From positions 160,001 to 224,000 of the forward strand of contig CAVRCF010000001.1 in NCBI GenBank assembly GCA_963719505.1: a DNA stretch of 64,000 nucleotides, read 5' to 3'. Source of the stretch: Halobacteriovoraceae bacterium (GTDB lineage Bacteria; Bdellovibrionota; Bacteriovoracia; Bacteriovoracales; Bacteriovoracaceae). Of this stretch, positions 18,416-28,507 are shown piece by piece (the stretch's first letter is position 1; each line of letters starts with the position of its first letter). A model generated the notes under the pieces. That model searched no databases, was not told the DNA's origin, and worked only from the letters and a program-made list of their open reading frames with translations. Both the position numbers and the translations under genes were made by a program.

Positions 18416-19227
18416 TTTAAGAAGTCCTCGAAATCGCTTTCAAAGCTTCTCATAGCTTTATTTATAATCTTACCAAGTTTTTGATCAAGATTTAAATCAA
18501 TATCTAAAAATTGGACACCGACTTTAAAAGCAGAACCATTTGATCTTATCAAAGGCACGATATAGCGAATTTCACCAGATGGAATTGTCATTTCTTCTTG
18601 AAAAAAAAGATGCATTGGCTTTAATATTCTAATTTGCTCTAGGTACTCTTTTTCAATCTCTCCAATCTGAAAAGATAATCCCGTAACGGAAATATCAAGA
18701 ACTCTAAACTTTGCAAAATTATCTTTAATTTCTACCTTTTCATCCTCTCCAACAATTTTTAAAAAATTTTTAAAGAGACCCGTTTGACTCATTTTAGTAT
18801 CAAAACCGATGACGTTACTAGGTTTGACATTTTCATCCAACTCAAAAGGAACTTGAACATGGGCTTCATAGTGAGGGTAAGTAAGCAGCCTAAAGTTCTC
18901 TCTGCGCTCACTTTTGAAAAGATCACTCGAAACATCAAGAGTATACTTTGTTCCTACAAGTGCTGAAAGTTTACCTTCTCCAAAATAGTTCACACCATTT
19001 ATAGCAAAAGCATAAAGAACTGATTTTCCGGAATAAGAGGTTTCATTTACACTTAAAGAGAGAAGACTTTCTTTTTTTGAAAAAGCGAGTACATCAAATT
19101 TCTCTCTAAGTTTTGAACCCTTCTCCCAAATTGTTAGAGAAGAATCCGACCTCGTGAGCGAATGAAATCGACTCTCTTTTTCCTTTGTGTTTTGCTTGGT
19201 AAAGTGAGTCGAGTTCTTTTCTGTCAT
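18412..19227 (-). CDS. PilZ-domain (c-di-GMP receptor-like) protein
   Basis: RxxxR (ERRENFR) and DxSxxG (DISVTG) motifs; C-terminal GVQF. Confidence 0.75.
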   Translation of the reverse strand: MTEKNSTHFTKQNTKEKESRFHSLTRSDSSLTIWEKGSKLREKFDVLAFSKKESLLSLSVNETSYSGKSVLYAFAINGVNYFGEGKLSALVGTKYTLDVSSDLFKSERRENFRLLTYPHYEAHVQVPFELDENVKPSNVIGFDTKMSQTGLFKNFLKIVGEDEKVEIKDNFAKFRVLDISVTGLSFQIGEIEKEYLEQIRILKPMHLFFQEEMTIPSGEIRYIVPLIRSNGSAFKVGVQFLDIDLNLDQKLGKIINKAMRSFESDFEDFLK

Positions 19228-19230
19228 TTT

Positions 19231-20268
19231 CTAAGAAAGCGTTGTTACTTGGCGAAGCAGTGAAATATTCTCTAAAGCGGCTCCACAACCTCTAACGACA
19301 CTTGTTAATGGATCTTCAGCCAAAGAAACTGGCAACCCTGTTTTTTCCTTAATAAGAATATCAAGATTTGCTAATAACGATCCACCACCTGCTAGGATAA
19401 TTCCATTATCAACAATATCAGCAGCAAGCTCTGGAGGTGTTTTCTCTAGAGATGTTTTAATCGCTTCGATAACTTCAGCTATAGGATCTGAGAGAGCCTC
19501 TCTAATTTCATCCGAAGTTACTTCAATCGTTTTAGGCGCTCCAGCGATGAGGTCACGTCCTTTGACTTCGTAAGTTTTTACTTCTTCATCAAATGGGTAA
19601 GCATTACCAATAGACATTTTTATCATTTCAGCAGTTCTCTCTCCAATAAGAAGAGAATATTTTTTCTTTATATAACTAACGATAGCTTCATCAAACTTGT
19701 CACCTGCGACTCTAACAGACTTAGAAAAAACAATACCACCTAAAGAGATAACGGCAACTTCAGTTGTCCCACCACCGATATCGACGATCATGTTTCCTGA
19801 AGGTTCAGTAATAGGAAGTCCTGCTCCAATTGCAGCGGCCATTGGCTCCTCAATTAAATACACTTCTCTCGCACCAGCTTGTTCAGCCGATTCTTTTACT
19901 GCTCTTTTCTCAACCTGCGTAATTCCAAAGGGAATACAGATTATAATTCTTGGCTTTACAAGCTTTGAACCATTCATTGATTTTTGAATAAAGTATTTTA
20001 ACATGGCTTGAGTCACTTCAAAGTCAGCAATGACTCCGTCTTTCATAGGACGAATAGCACGAATAGATCCAGGAGTTCTTCCTAGCATCTCTTTGGCCTC
20101 TTTCCCCACGGCAAGTACTTTTTGCTCTCCACGAAAACCTTGGTGAACGGCAACGACAGAAGGTTCATTAACAATAATCCCCTTATCTTTGGCATAAACC
20201 AGAGTATTTGCTGTACCCAAATCAATCGCTAAATCGTTCGAAAACCAGTCCAAAATTTTCTTAAACAT
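19231..20268 (-). CDS. mreB: Rod shape-determining protein MreB (no adjacent mreC/mreD)
   Basis: [37 protein letters not shown]. Confidence 0.97.
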   Translation of the reverse strand: MFKKILDWFSNDLAIDLGTANTLVYAKDKGIIVNEPSVVAVHQGFRGEQKVLAVGKEAKEMLGRTPGSIRAIRPMKDGVIADFEVTQAMLKYFIQKSMNGSKLVKPRIIICIPFGITQVEKRAVKESAEQAGAREVYLIEEPMAAAIGAGLPITEPSGNMIVDIGGGTTEVAVISLGGIVFSKSVRVAGDKFDEAIVSYIKKKYSLLIGERTAEMIKMSIGNAYPFDEEVKTYEVKGRDLIAGAPKTIEVTSDEIREALSDPIAEVIEAIKTSLEKTPPELAADIVDNGIILAGGGSLLANLDILIKEKTGLPVSLAEDPLTSVVRGCGAALENISLLRQVTTLS

Positions 20269-20300
20269 CTTCTATCCTTTACGTAAATCTTCTTATGTAA

Positions 20301-20329
20301 AATGTAGCATTTAGCTTTTCATTGCACAA
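20301..20329 (-). promoter_or_regulatory. Sigma-70-type promoter for mreB
   Basis: TTGTGC-N17-TACATT with extended -10 TG. Confidence 0.4.
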
Positions 20330-20417
20330 GAAGGCTTTTATTCCATACGAAAATGCTCGGCCTCATTTTCCCTAGCCAATCAGCATCTTTCGAAGCAAAA
20401 TAATCGCTGGAGCTATT

Positions 20418-20981
20418 ATGAACGAGATCAATAAATTCCCCCATAATGCAATTTCTGAACAATTTGTTCCCTATATTGAAACTTCAGAGATTGAAACTAT
20501 TGTCGCCTCTTTGGCGCACACAATAAGCCAGCGCTACAAGGGTGAAGACCTCATTTTAATAGCGCCTTTAAAGGGAAGCTTGGTTTTCTTATCCGACCTT
20601 CTAAAACAAATCAAAAATGTTAAAGTTTATGTCGACTTTGTTAAACTCTCCGCTGTGGGACGGGACAAGGAAAACAACGGAACGATTATTTTATCTAAAG
20701 ATATTAAAACCAATATTATGGATAAAAACGTACTCATCGTTGAAGAGGTGATCGACACTGGACGAGCTTTGTTCTTTCTTAAGCAAAGACTTCTAGAATC
20801 ATCTCCTCGCTCTATTGAGATAATAACGCTTTTTGATAAGCCCTATAAAAGAGCTGTCCCTCTAAAAGCCGAGTATATTGGAAAACAAATTGAAGACCAA
20901 TTTATCGTGGGCTATGGACTCGATATGGATGAATACGGAAGAAACTTTTCAGAGATTTATTATTTAAAATATCCTAATTAG
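20418..20981 (+). CDS. hpt: Hypoxanthine phosphoribosyltransferase
   Basis: LKGSLVFLSDL, PRPP loop VLIVEEVIDTG, FIVGYGLD...GRN. Confidence 0.85.
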   Translation: MNEINKFPHNAISEQFVPYIETSEIETIVASLAHTISQRYKGEDLILIAPLKGSLVFLSDLLKQIKNVKVYVDFVKLSAVGRDKENNGTIILSKDIKTNIMDKNVLIVEEVIDTGRALFFLKQRLLESSPRSIEIITLFDKPYKRAVPLKAEYIGKQIEDQFIVGYGLDMDEYGRNFSEIYYLKYPN

Positions 20982-21522
20982 GAACAAAAAGATGATAGCA
21001 AGTACAGTTCTCGCTACAAAAGCCTTCTCCAGAACTTGTCGATCCTTTAAAACCAGAATTTGCTTGAATAAGAAGAGTTCCACTATCTTTTTTCCAGTAG
21101 AGATCAGAAATCTCATCTCTTAGGGATAAAAATGCGACACCAACATTAAAAGTTCCAGCCCCTCTATTATCGGTAGACCTAATCTCACAGGTTGTTGAAG
21201 ATGCTCCGTTTATATTTCTATAGGTAACAACCCCAGTCACGGTATTTTCAAATTCTATGTCATATCCTCCCGTTGAGGATAAAGTACAGCCACTACCAGT
21301 GGTTCCTGAAACACTATAAGTAAACGATCGAGCACCAAAGTTCATCTCGATTCTATCGTTCTCTGGCACAGGAAAATCTTCAGCTAAAGTTCCTCTAATA
21401 TCTGGAAGGTAGCATTTAACAGACTCTAAATTCCATTCACCCTTGAGGGCATTTTTGAAAAGCTCCTCGTCAGAGCGAAGGCCACAGGATGTGAGGAGGA
21501 TAAAACTAAGGATTCGAAGCAT
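20974..21522 (-). CDS. Cys-containing hypothetical lipoprotein (lipocalin-like start)
   Basis: Lipobox LLTSC; LKGEWNLESV; C-terminal CSENCTC. Confidence 0.65.
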   Translation of the reverse strand: MLRILSFILLTSCGLRSDEELFKNALKGEWNLESVKCYLPDIRGTLAEDFPVPENDRIEMNFGARSFTYSVSGTTGSGCTLSSTGGYDIEFENTVTGVVTYRNINGASSTTCEIRSTDNRGAGTFNVGVAFLSLRDEISDLYWKKDSGTLLIQANSGFKGSTSSGEGFCSENCTCYHLFVPN

Positions 21523-23491
21523 TCACTTGCTCACTTGAAATCTCAGACAAATCAAACTTCTTAGCTGTTCCACCAGTTAACTGCATGAAATCCATTTCTT
21601 TAATCCAAATTCCATCTTTTAAATACCACTTACCAGTAACTCCCTGAATCGTCTCAAAGGCCAAGAGTCTTCTTTCTAACTCTTCTCTTTTTTCAAATTT
21701 CGAGTCTTGAATTATTTTTAAAGAGAGATTCATAGCTTCATAAGCTAAAGTCTCGATAAGTCTTGGAACTTTTTTATTTCTTTCTCTATAGTTTTTAGAG
21801 AAGGATTGGTTAAATTCTTTTGGGTTAATCCCTACCAAATAAAGTTGCCCCAGATTTCTCTGCTCTCTCATCAAAGACTTCGATAACCAACTTGGGCCTC
21901 CAATGAATTTCATTTTTTTTGCATCATAATAAGAAAATGTCGGAATAATTTGTAAGGCATCTTTTGGGTAAGCAGGAACAAAAACCCAATCGAAATCGAT
22001 AATAGGTTTTAAGGTTTGAATTCTTCTAATAGAGCTCGTTTTCTTTTCAAGCTGATAAATATTATTCCAAAGGTCTAATTCCTCTTCCCTTTCTCTTTTA
22101 AAATTCACAGATAAGAGCTTACTAACAGGCTCTCGAAAATCGATATTTGAACGATCAAAAGAGTGGATAGCTTTAATATCAACGACCCCTTGCTCAGCTC
22201 TTCTCCAAACCTCGTTAACGTAGGCAAGCCCACCTTCAGACTCTGGATACATAACGGCTATTCTCTTTCCAAATTTTGCTAAAAACTCTGGATTCATAAT
22301 CTTCTCGACTTGTGACTCTATTGAGCCTGGAACTTCTATGAGAAGATGATTCTTCTGATCCTTTTTAAGGTGAACAGGAGATAGAGAGATAAATAAAACA
22401 CCATATTTTTTTGCTTCTAAATACTCATCGTTTGCTGTCCCAGGAAAAAGACCACCTATAATGACAGAGACATGATGTTTTTGAATAAGATCGTTGATCA
22501 TTTTTTTTGCAATATGAGGGTTGTTTTTTGAGTCTCTCGTATAGACCTTCGCGGCTAGAATCTTATTTGTCTTTAAGTTTAAGGCACTATCAATTCCGCT
22601 GAGAGCCTTCTTTCCAAAGTCCCCTTTGGATCCAGATAATGGCAAGATGACGCCGATTGCTCCAACATCAATTTTAGAATAGTTTTCAATCCTAAATTCA
22701 AATTCTTTGATAAAGTTTCTGGCATCTTCAAAGGATGAGTACTCAGAGTTTATCCAGCTCAACACATCTTCCGCTCCTGGGCGATCCCCCATATAGTATC
22801 TTTGTAAGGCTTCTTCTTTAGCTAAGTAAGCGGGAACAATTGATTTACTATTTTTATATTCATCTAAGATATAGACGCGTTGAGTTTTACTGAGTTTTCG
22901 AAAATTACTTTTTAAAAGATCCTTATATTTATGTGACTCAACCTCGTTAAAGGTTTTTGCCTCACCAATGAGGTTGATTGTTGCTGCAACGATGTCTTTT
23001 GGCTTATCTAATTGTTGGGCCAAAACAAGTCTCAATTTAAAGTAGTTTTGAGATTCATTTTCTCTAAATTTTTTATAATCTACTTTACCAAGATATTCAT
23101 AAGATTTTTGAAACTGATCTTTTTTATAAAAGGAGCTGGCTAGATTTAAATTAACTTGGGCTTCAAGAGAAGGATCTTCGTTTGCATTTTTAGAGGCCCT
23201 ATTAAAATTCTCAATAGCTTTATCAAAGTTTTGGTTGGAGAAATTGATTATCCCTATAAAGTTATATTTTTTAGATGCCTCAATAGGCGTGATTTTCTTA
23301 TCATCAATGGCCAGTAACTTTTGAAGGGCTCCATTTTTATCACCATCTTTATAAATAGACTGGATCCCATCCATTCTCTTTAAAAAGGCATCGGAATAGA
23401 TATCTGCTGGGGTTAACATTTTGATATTGGAACAAGAGCCCAAAACCAAAAGAGCGGAAAGTGAGATAATACAAATAATCGAGCGCGTCAT
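21506..23491 (-). CDS. LpoA-like lipoprotein (TPR N-terminus + periplasmic-binding-protein fold)
   Basis: Lipobox VLGSC; TPR-like repeats; IGVILPLSG, IIGGL, IDFDWVFVP, QGVTG. Confidence 0.7.
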   Translation of the reverse strand: MTRSIICIISLSALLVLGSCSNIKMLTPADIYSDAFLKRMDGIQSIYKDGDKNGALQKLLAIDDKKITPIEASKKYNFIGIINFSNQNFDKAIENFNRASKNANEDPSLEAQVNLNLASSFYKKDQFQKSYEYLGKVDYKKFRENESQNYFKLRLVLAQQLDKPKDIVAATINLIGEAKTFNEVESHKYKDLLKSNFRKLSKTQRVYILDEYKNSKSIVPAYLAKEEALQRYYMGDRPGAEDVLSWINSEYSSFEDARNFIKEFEFRIENYSKIDVGAIGVILPLSGSKGDFGKKALSGIDSALNLKTNKILAAKVYTRDSKNNPHIAKKMINDLIQKHHVSVIIGGLFPGTANDEYLEAKKYGVLFISLSPVHLKKDQKNHLLIEVPGSIESQVEKIMNPEFLAKFGKRIAVMYPESEGGLAYVNEVWRRAEQGVVDIKAIHSFDRSNIDFREPVSKLLSVNFKREREEELDLWNNIYQLEKKTSSIRRIQTLKPIIDFDWVFVPAYPKDALQIIPTFSYYDAKKMKFIGGPSWLSKSLMREQRNLGQLYLVGINPKEFNQSFSKNYRERNKKVPRLIETLAYEAMNLSLKIIQDSKFEKREELERRLLAFETIQGVTGKWYLKDGIWIKEMDFMQLTGGTAKKFDLSEISSEQVNASNP

Positions 23492-23521
23492 AAAATACCT
23501 TTAAACATTTAGTTCATAGGC

Positions 23522-23550
23522 ATTTTATCCACGCTCGCTTGCACTGTCAC
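23522..23550 (-). promoter_or_regulatory. Sigma-70-type promoter for the LpoA-like gene
   Basis: GTGACA-N17-TAAAAT. Confidence 0.45.
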
Positions 23551-23553
23551 ATT

Positions 23554-24642
23554 TTATTGAAATAAATCTTTTACTTTTTCAAAAAATCCCCGAGAAAGAG
23601 GGCTTGTTTTCTTGTCATCTAGCTGCGACAACTGAGCAAAGAGCTCTCTTTGTTGCTCACTCAATTTTGTCGGCGTTTCGAGAACGACTGTGATGATTTG
23701 ATCACCATTTCCATAAGCACCAAGTCTCTCAATCCCTTTGCCTTTTAGTCGCATTCTTTTAGAGGACTGAGTTCCGGCGGGAATATTTAAAGACACTTTA
23801 CCCGTCAACGTTGGAACTTCAACTTCAGCCCCTAGTGCCGCTTGAGAAAAAGTGATTGGGACTTCACAGTGGACATCAAAGCCATCTCTTTCAAAGAAAT
23901 CATGTTTAGAGATGTTGATTTGGACGTAAAGGTCACCATTTGGACCGCCATTACTTCCAGTATCACCCTCACCAGAGAGTTTTAGTCTTTGACCTGTATC
24001 TATTCCACCCGGAACTTTTACGCTAAGAGTGGACTTCTTTTTAATTCTTTCTGCGATTTCACCCGTTCCCTGACATTTCGGACAAGCCTGAGCGATGGTA
24101 AAGAATCCCTGCTGCCTTCTAACTTCACCATGACCCCCACACATATCACATGTCTGAGGTGTCGTGCCTTCTTTGATAGCTGTTTTGGTAAGTGTTACTT
24201 CTTTTTCGCAACCAAAAGCTGCCTCTTCAAAAGTGATATCAAGTCTCATCTGAAGGTCATCACCTCTTCTTCCTCTTGATCGACCACCTCGTGATCTTCC
24301 GCCGCGAGCTCCGCCACCTCCGAACATCTCTCCAAAAAGGTCACCAAAGATATCGCCAAGGTCACCAAAATCTCCACCTTGCCCGAAACCTCCACCAAAG
24401 CCACCGGCTTGACCGTCAACTCCAGCATGACCAAATTGATCATAACGAGATCTCTTATTCTCATCTAGCAGAATCTCCGCAGCCTCTGAAGCTTCTTTAA
24501 ACTGTGCTTCAGCCTCTGGATTATCTGGGTTCTTATCAGGATGGCATTTCATAGCAATCTTTCGATAGGCTTTTTTTATCTCGTCTTTGTTTGCCGACTT
24601 AGATACGCCAAGGATCTCGTAGTAGTCTCTTTTACCGCTCAT
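23554..24642 (-). CDS. dnaJ: Chaperone DnaJ with only two CxxCxGxG motifs
   Basis: J domain with HPD, G/F-rich region, C-terminal domains; follows dnaK. Confidence 0.96.
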   Translation of the reverse strand: MSGKRDYYEILGVSKSANKDEIKKAYRKIAMKCHPDKNPDNPEAEAQFKEASEAAEILLDENKRSRYDQFGHAGVDGQAGGFGGGFGQGGDFGDLGDIFGDLFGEMFGGGGARGGRSRGGRSRGRRGDDLQMRLDITFEEAAFGCEKEVTLTKTAIKEGTTPQTCDMCGGHGEVRRQQGFFTIAQACPKCQGTGEIAERIKKKSTLSVKVPGGIDTGQRLKLSGEGDTGSNGGPNGDLYVQINISKHDFFERDGFDVHCEVPITFSQAALGAEVEVPTLTGKVSLNIPAGTQSSKRMRLKGKGIERLGAYGNGDQIITVVLETPTKLSEQQRELFAQLSQLDDKKTSPLSRGFFEKVKDLFQ

Positions 24643-24674
24643 ATTTCTCTTTGTTTTTAGATAGTTTCAGTTAC

Positions 24675-24706
24675 AAAAATGGCCCAAAACAAATTTGGGC
24701 CATTTT
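24675..24706 (-). terminator. Intrinsic terminator/attenuator between dnaK and dnaJ
   Basis: 13-bp inverted repeat AAAATGGCCCAAA / TTTGGGCCATTTT with T-tract. Confidence 0.75.
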
Positions 24707-24727
24707 CATTTTACATATTTTGTTTAA

Positions 24728-26642
24728 TTAAACTTCTTTAAAGTCTGCATCAACAACATCATCGTCATCTTTCTTTGGTTCACCTTGTGACTCTTCAGCC
24801 CCAGATGCCCCAGCCTGTGCACCGTCAGCACCTGGTTGACCATACATGTCTTGAGCCATTGAGTGAGCAACATTTTGAAGTCTCTCACTTGCAGCTTTAA
24901 CTTCATCAAGGTTTTCTGACTCAAGCTTAGATTTTGCTTCAGTTAGAGCTGCCTCAAGTTCAGTTTTCTTTTCAGCTGGAAGTTTATCACCCGCCTCATT
25001 CATAGCTTTCTCAGTTGAGAAAATCAAAGAGTCTAAATTATTTTTAGCATCTACAGACTCACGTCTTTTTGCATCTGACTCTCTATTAACTTCAGCGTCC
25101 TTAACCATTTGCTCGATTTCAGCTTCGCTAAGTCCAGAACCAGAAGTAATAACAATATCAGTCTTCTTATTCGTCGCTTTATCAATTGCTGAAACGTTTA
25201 TAATTCCGTTCGCATCAATATTAAACTCAACCTCAATTTGTGGAACACCTCTAGCCGCTGGAGCAATTCCAGTTAGGTCAAAACGTCCAAGAGTTTTATT
25301 ATCATTAGCAAATTCTCTTTCACCTTGAAGAACGTGGATAGAAACTGCTGGTTGATTGTCTTGTGCTGTTGAGAACACCTGTGATTTCTTTGTTGGAATC
25401 GTTGTATTTTTCTCAATGATTCTTAGTTAAAACTCCACCAAGAGTTTCAATTCCAAGACGATAGAGGTGTTACATCTAAAAGAAGAACGTCTTTAACGTC
25501 ACCTTGAAGAACACCACCCTGAACAGCAGCACCAGCGGCAACAACCTCGTCAGGGTTAACACCTTTACTGAGGCTCTTTACCAAAGATTTGTTTAACTTT
25601 TTCTTGAATCGCCGGAATTCTTGTTGAACCACCAACAAGAATAACCTCATGGATTTCATTTCTATCAAGACCAGAATCTTTAATACATGTTTCACATGGA
25701 GTCACCTAGCCCAGTAATATATTTTGAGATTAGTTCTTCAAACTTTGCTCTCGTAAGAGTTAAAGTAAATGCTTTGGTCCACTAGCATCAGCTGTAATAA
25801 AGGGAAGGTTAATTTCCGTTTGAGTCGTCGAAGAAAGTTCATGCTTCGCTTTCTCAGCAGCTTCTTTTAATCTTTGAAGAGCCATTTGATCTTGTTTAAG
25901 ATCTACTGAGTTTTCTTTTTTAAATTCAGCAGCCATCCAGTTGATAACTTCTTCATCAAAGTTTTCACCACCAAGAAATGTATCACCGTTAGTTGCCTTA
26001 ACTTCAAAAACTCCATCTTCAGTAATTTCAAGAATAGAGATATCAAAAGTACCACCACCAAGGTCAAATACCGCAATGTTCATATCTTTTTTCTGATCCA
26101 TACCGTAAGCAAGTGCTGCCGCCGTTGGCTCATTGATAATTCTTTTAACTTCTAGATCCAGCGATTTTACCAGCGTCTTTTGTCGCTTGTCTTTGAGCAT
26201 CGTTAAAATATGCAGGAACAGTAATAACTGCTTCTGTTACAGGTTCACCTAGGTAATCTTCAGCTGATTTTTTCATTTTTTCTAATACTTTTGCTGAAAT
26301 TTCTTGAGCTGACATCTCTTTACCGTCAACTTTTACCCAAGCATCTCCATTTTTGTTAGCAAAAATTTCAAAAGGAGCAACTGCTGCGAATTCTTTTGAC
26401 TCTTTATCACTAGCTTTTCTACCGATAAGCCTTTTAATTCCATATAATGTCTTCTTTGGATTTGTTACCGCTTGTCTTTTAGCAACTTGCCCAACAAGAG
26501 TGTCCCCATTTGTTCCAAAGCCAATAACCGAAGGAGTTGTATTGTTTCCTTCAGCATTTGGAATAATTTTATACTTTCCATTTTCAAATACAGCGACACA
26601 AGAGTTTGTTGTCCCAAGGTCGATTCCGATAATTTTTCCCAT
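24728..26642 (-). CDS. dnaK: Chaperone DnaK; frameshifted in this sequence
   Basis: [51 protein letters not shown] and DADFKEV across four fragments. Confidence 0.96.
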
Positions 26643-26672
26643 AATTTTCTCCTATTAAATTTTTATTTTTTC

Positions 26673-27221
26673 TTAACTATTTTTAACGACTACCACTTTT
26701 GCAGGTCTAATAAGTCTTTCATTGAGTGTATAACCTGTTTGATGAACTTGGATGATCTCCATGTCTTCTTTATCATCAGCAGGCTGCTGTGCCAAAGCTT
26801 CATGGAAGTTTGGATCAAAGATTTTACCTAAAGCATCAACTTTTTTTAATCCATGTTTCCCTAAAGCTTCGACAAACTGCTTTGCGATCATATCTATTCC
26901 TATCGCAATATTTTTTACTTTTTCATCTTGGTCAGCTTCGATAAAACCTAAAGTTCTCTCAAAATTATCTACAACATCCAACATGTCTCTAAGAATTTTT
27001 TCGCTTCCGTACTTTAAAAGGTTTTCTTTTTCTTTATCGAATCGTCTTTGCATATTTTGCATTTCTGCAGCAATATAGAAGTACTTATCTTTATAACTTT
27101 CCTCTTCAGATTTTTCTTCAGAGACTTCCTCGTCCTTTTGTGACGCATTAAGTTCCTCAACATTATCTTCTAAGTTTTTATTATTTAGTTCTTCATTTGT
27201 TTCTACGTTTTCATTTTCCAT
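26673..27221 (-). CDS. grpE: Nucleotide exchange factor GrpE
   Basis: AEMQNMQRR, DNFER, FDPNFHEA, GYTLNERLIRPAKV. Confidence 0.95.
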   Translation of the reverse strand: MENENVETNEELNNKNLEDNVEELNASQKDEEVSEEKSEEESYKDKYFYIAAEMQNMQRRFDKEKENLLKYGSEKILRDMLDVVDNFERTLGFIEADQDEKVKNIAIGIDMIAKQFVEALGKHGLKKVDALGKIFDPNFHEALAQQPADDKEDMEIIQVHQTGYTLNERLIRPAKVVVVKNS

Positions 27222-27256
27222 TATTCAAAGACTCCATTTAATTACTAACCTCTATA

Positions 27257-27283
27257 AAATGGGTTCACTTTTAAAAGTGTCAA
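27257..27283 (-). promoter_or_regulatory. Sigma-32-like heat-shock promoter with overlapping palindrome
   Basis: TTGACA-N14-CCCATTT upstream of grpE; perfect palindrome CACTTTTAAAAGTG at 27266-27279. Confidence 0.5.
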
Positions 27284-27340
27284 TGTTTTGAATCGAAGAA
27301 AAGTAGGTTTATTTCGAGTTTTTGGCCCTGTAATGTATTT

Positions 27341-28480
27341 TTAGAGACTTAGCTCCCTAAAAATATCATCCATAAGCGAATCTAAAACAATATATCCCTT
27401 TGAATTGAGAGTAACTCTTTGCTCATCTAATAATTTTACATATCCAGTTTTCGTCCACTTTTCACATAAAGTTTTCAATTTCTTTTTATTTTCATCATCG
27501 AAAAGGTTGAAATCCAAACCTAAGCAACTCCTAAGGCTCATATAAATTTTTTCTAGCAGAAATGACTCTTCATTAATCTCTTCAATTGACGCTCCAAGTC
27601 CAATAGATTTCCACTGATAGCGAATTCCTACTTTTCCTAAGTTAAGCAGACCAGATGCATTAGAGCCGAGACTGGCCACACTCTCAGATTCCCAGTAACG
27701 CAGATTGTGTTTAGACCTCTTACCTTCTTTTGCAAAATTCGAAACCTCGTACTGCTCAAATCCGCGACGATTTAAATTCTCACAGACGCGCTGGTATTCT
27801 TCAGCGATATAGTCTTCAGAGGGGAGATTCTTCTTCAGTAAATAATTTGCCCGCGCCTTCAAAATATAGACGCTAAAGTGCGAGGGCTCGTAAGGGACAA
27901 GCTTCTCTATCTCTTGCCCGATGTCTCGATTTTCCTTATCTGAAAACGGAAGGCCAAGCATTAAATCGATGGAAAAATTCAGCTTCCTACTGTTAAGAAA
28001 GTCCAGAAGAACCCTTGCCTCTTTCATCGTATGAGCACGATCTAAATAGTTTTTAAATTTTTCATCAAAAGACTGGATTCCAATGGAGAACCGATTGACA
28101 CCAATTTTTTGCCAATTCTCTATTTCGTCTTCTGTCCAAGTACCGGGGTCAATTTCAATAGTGAATTCACACTCATCGCTCAGACCAAATCTGTCGATAA
28201 TATGCTTTTGAATAAATCTAGCCCCCGAATGGGACCAAAGAGAAGGTGTTCCTCCACCAATATAAAGAGTCTCTAGACAGGTTAGTTTGCAATTGTGCGT
28301 CTTAAGTAATTGTTCATTTTCCTCAATTTGTTGCAAAAGCCTAGCTTCAAAAGCTGAGACCTGATCTTCATCTTCAAGTTTGAATTTATAGAAATCGCAA
28401 TAATTGCAAAGGTGCCGACAAAAGGGAAAATGGAGGTAAAGACTAGAAATATTCTTCAAATTGACCTTAATTTTTGTCAT
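27341..28480 (-). CDS. hemW: Radical SAM heme chaperone HemW (HemN-like); start uncertain
   Basis: LYLHFPFCRHLCNYCDF, YIGGGTPS, YEVSNFAK, HNLRYW; classic position upstream of grpE. Confidence 0.85.
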   Translation of the reverse strand: MTKIKVNLKNISSLYLHFPFCRHLCNYCDFYKFKLEDEDQVSAFEARLLQQIEENEQLLKTHNCKLTCLETLYIGGGTPSLWSHSGARFIQKHIIDRFGLSDECEFTIEIDPGTWTEDEIENWQKIGVNRFSIGIQSFDEKFKNYLDRAHTMKEARVLLDFLNSRKLNFSIDLMLGLPFSDKENRDIGQEIEKLVPYEPSHFSVYILKARANYLLKKNLPSEDYIAEEYQRVCENLNRRGFEQYEVSNFAKEGKRSKHNLRYWESESVASLGSNASGLLNLGKVGIRYQWKSIGLGASIEEINEESFLLEKIYMSLRSCLGLDFNLFDDENKKKLKTLCEKWTKTGYVKLLDEQRVTLNSKGYIVLDSLMDDIFRELSL

Positions 28481-28502
28481 ATAAACAAAAGATAAATACA
28501 AT
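28474..28502 (+). promoter_or_regulatory. Sigma-70 promoter immediately before wzm
   Basis: TTGTCA-N17-TACAAT, ending 5 nt before the ATG at 28508. Confidence 0.55.
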
Positions 28503-28507
28503 AAAGC

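Noticed and set aside
25379-26200. dnaK as a split gene or pseudogene
   Set aside because: The fragments join into a full-length DnaK with a few single-base indels in one local patch.
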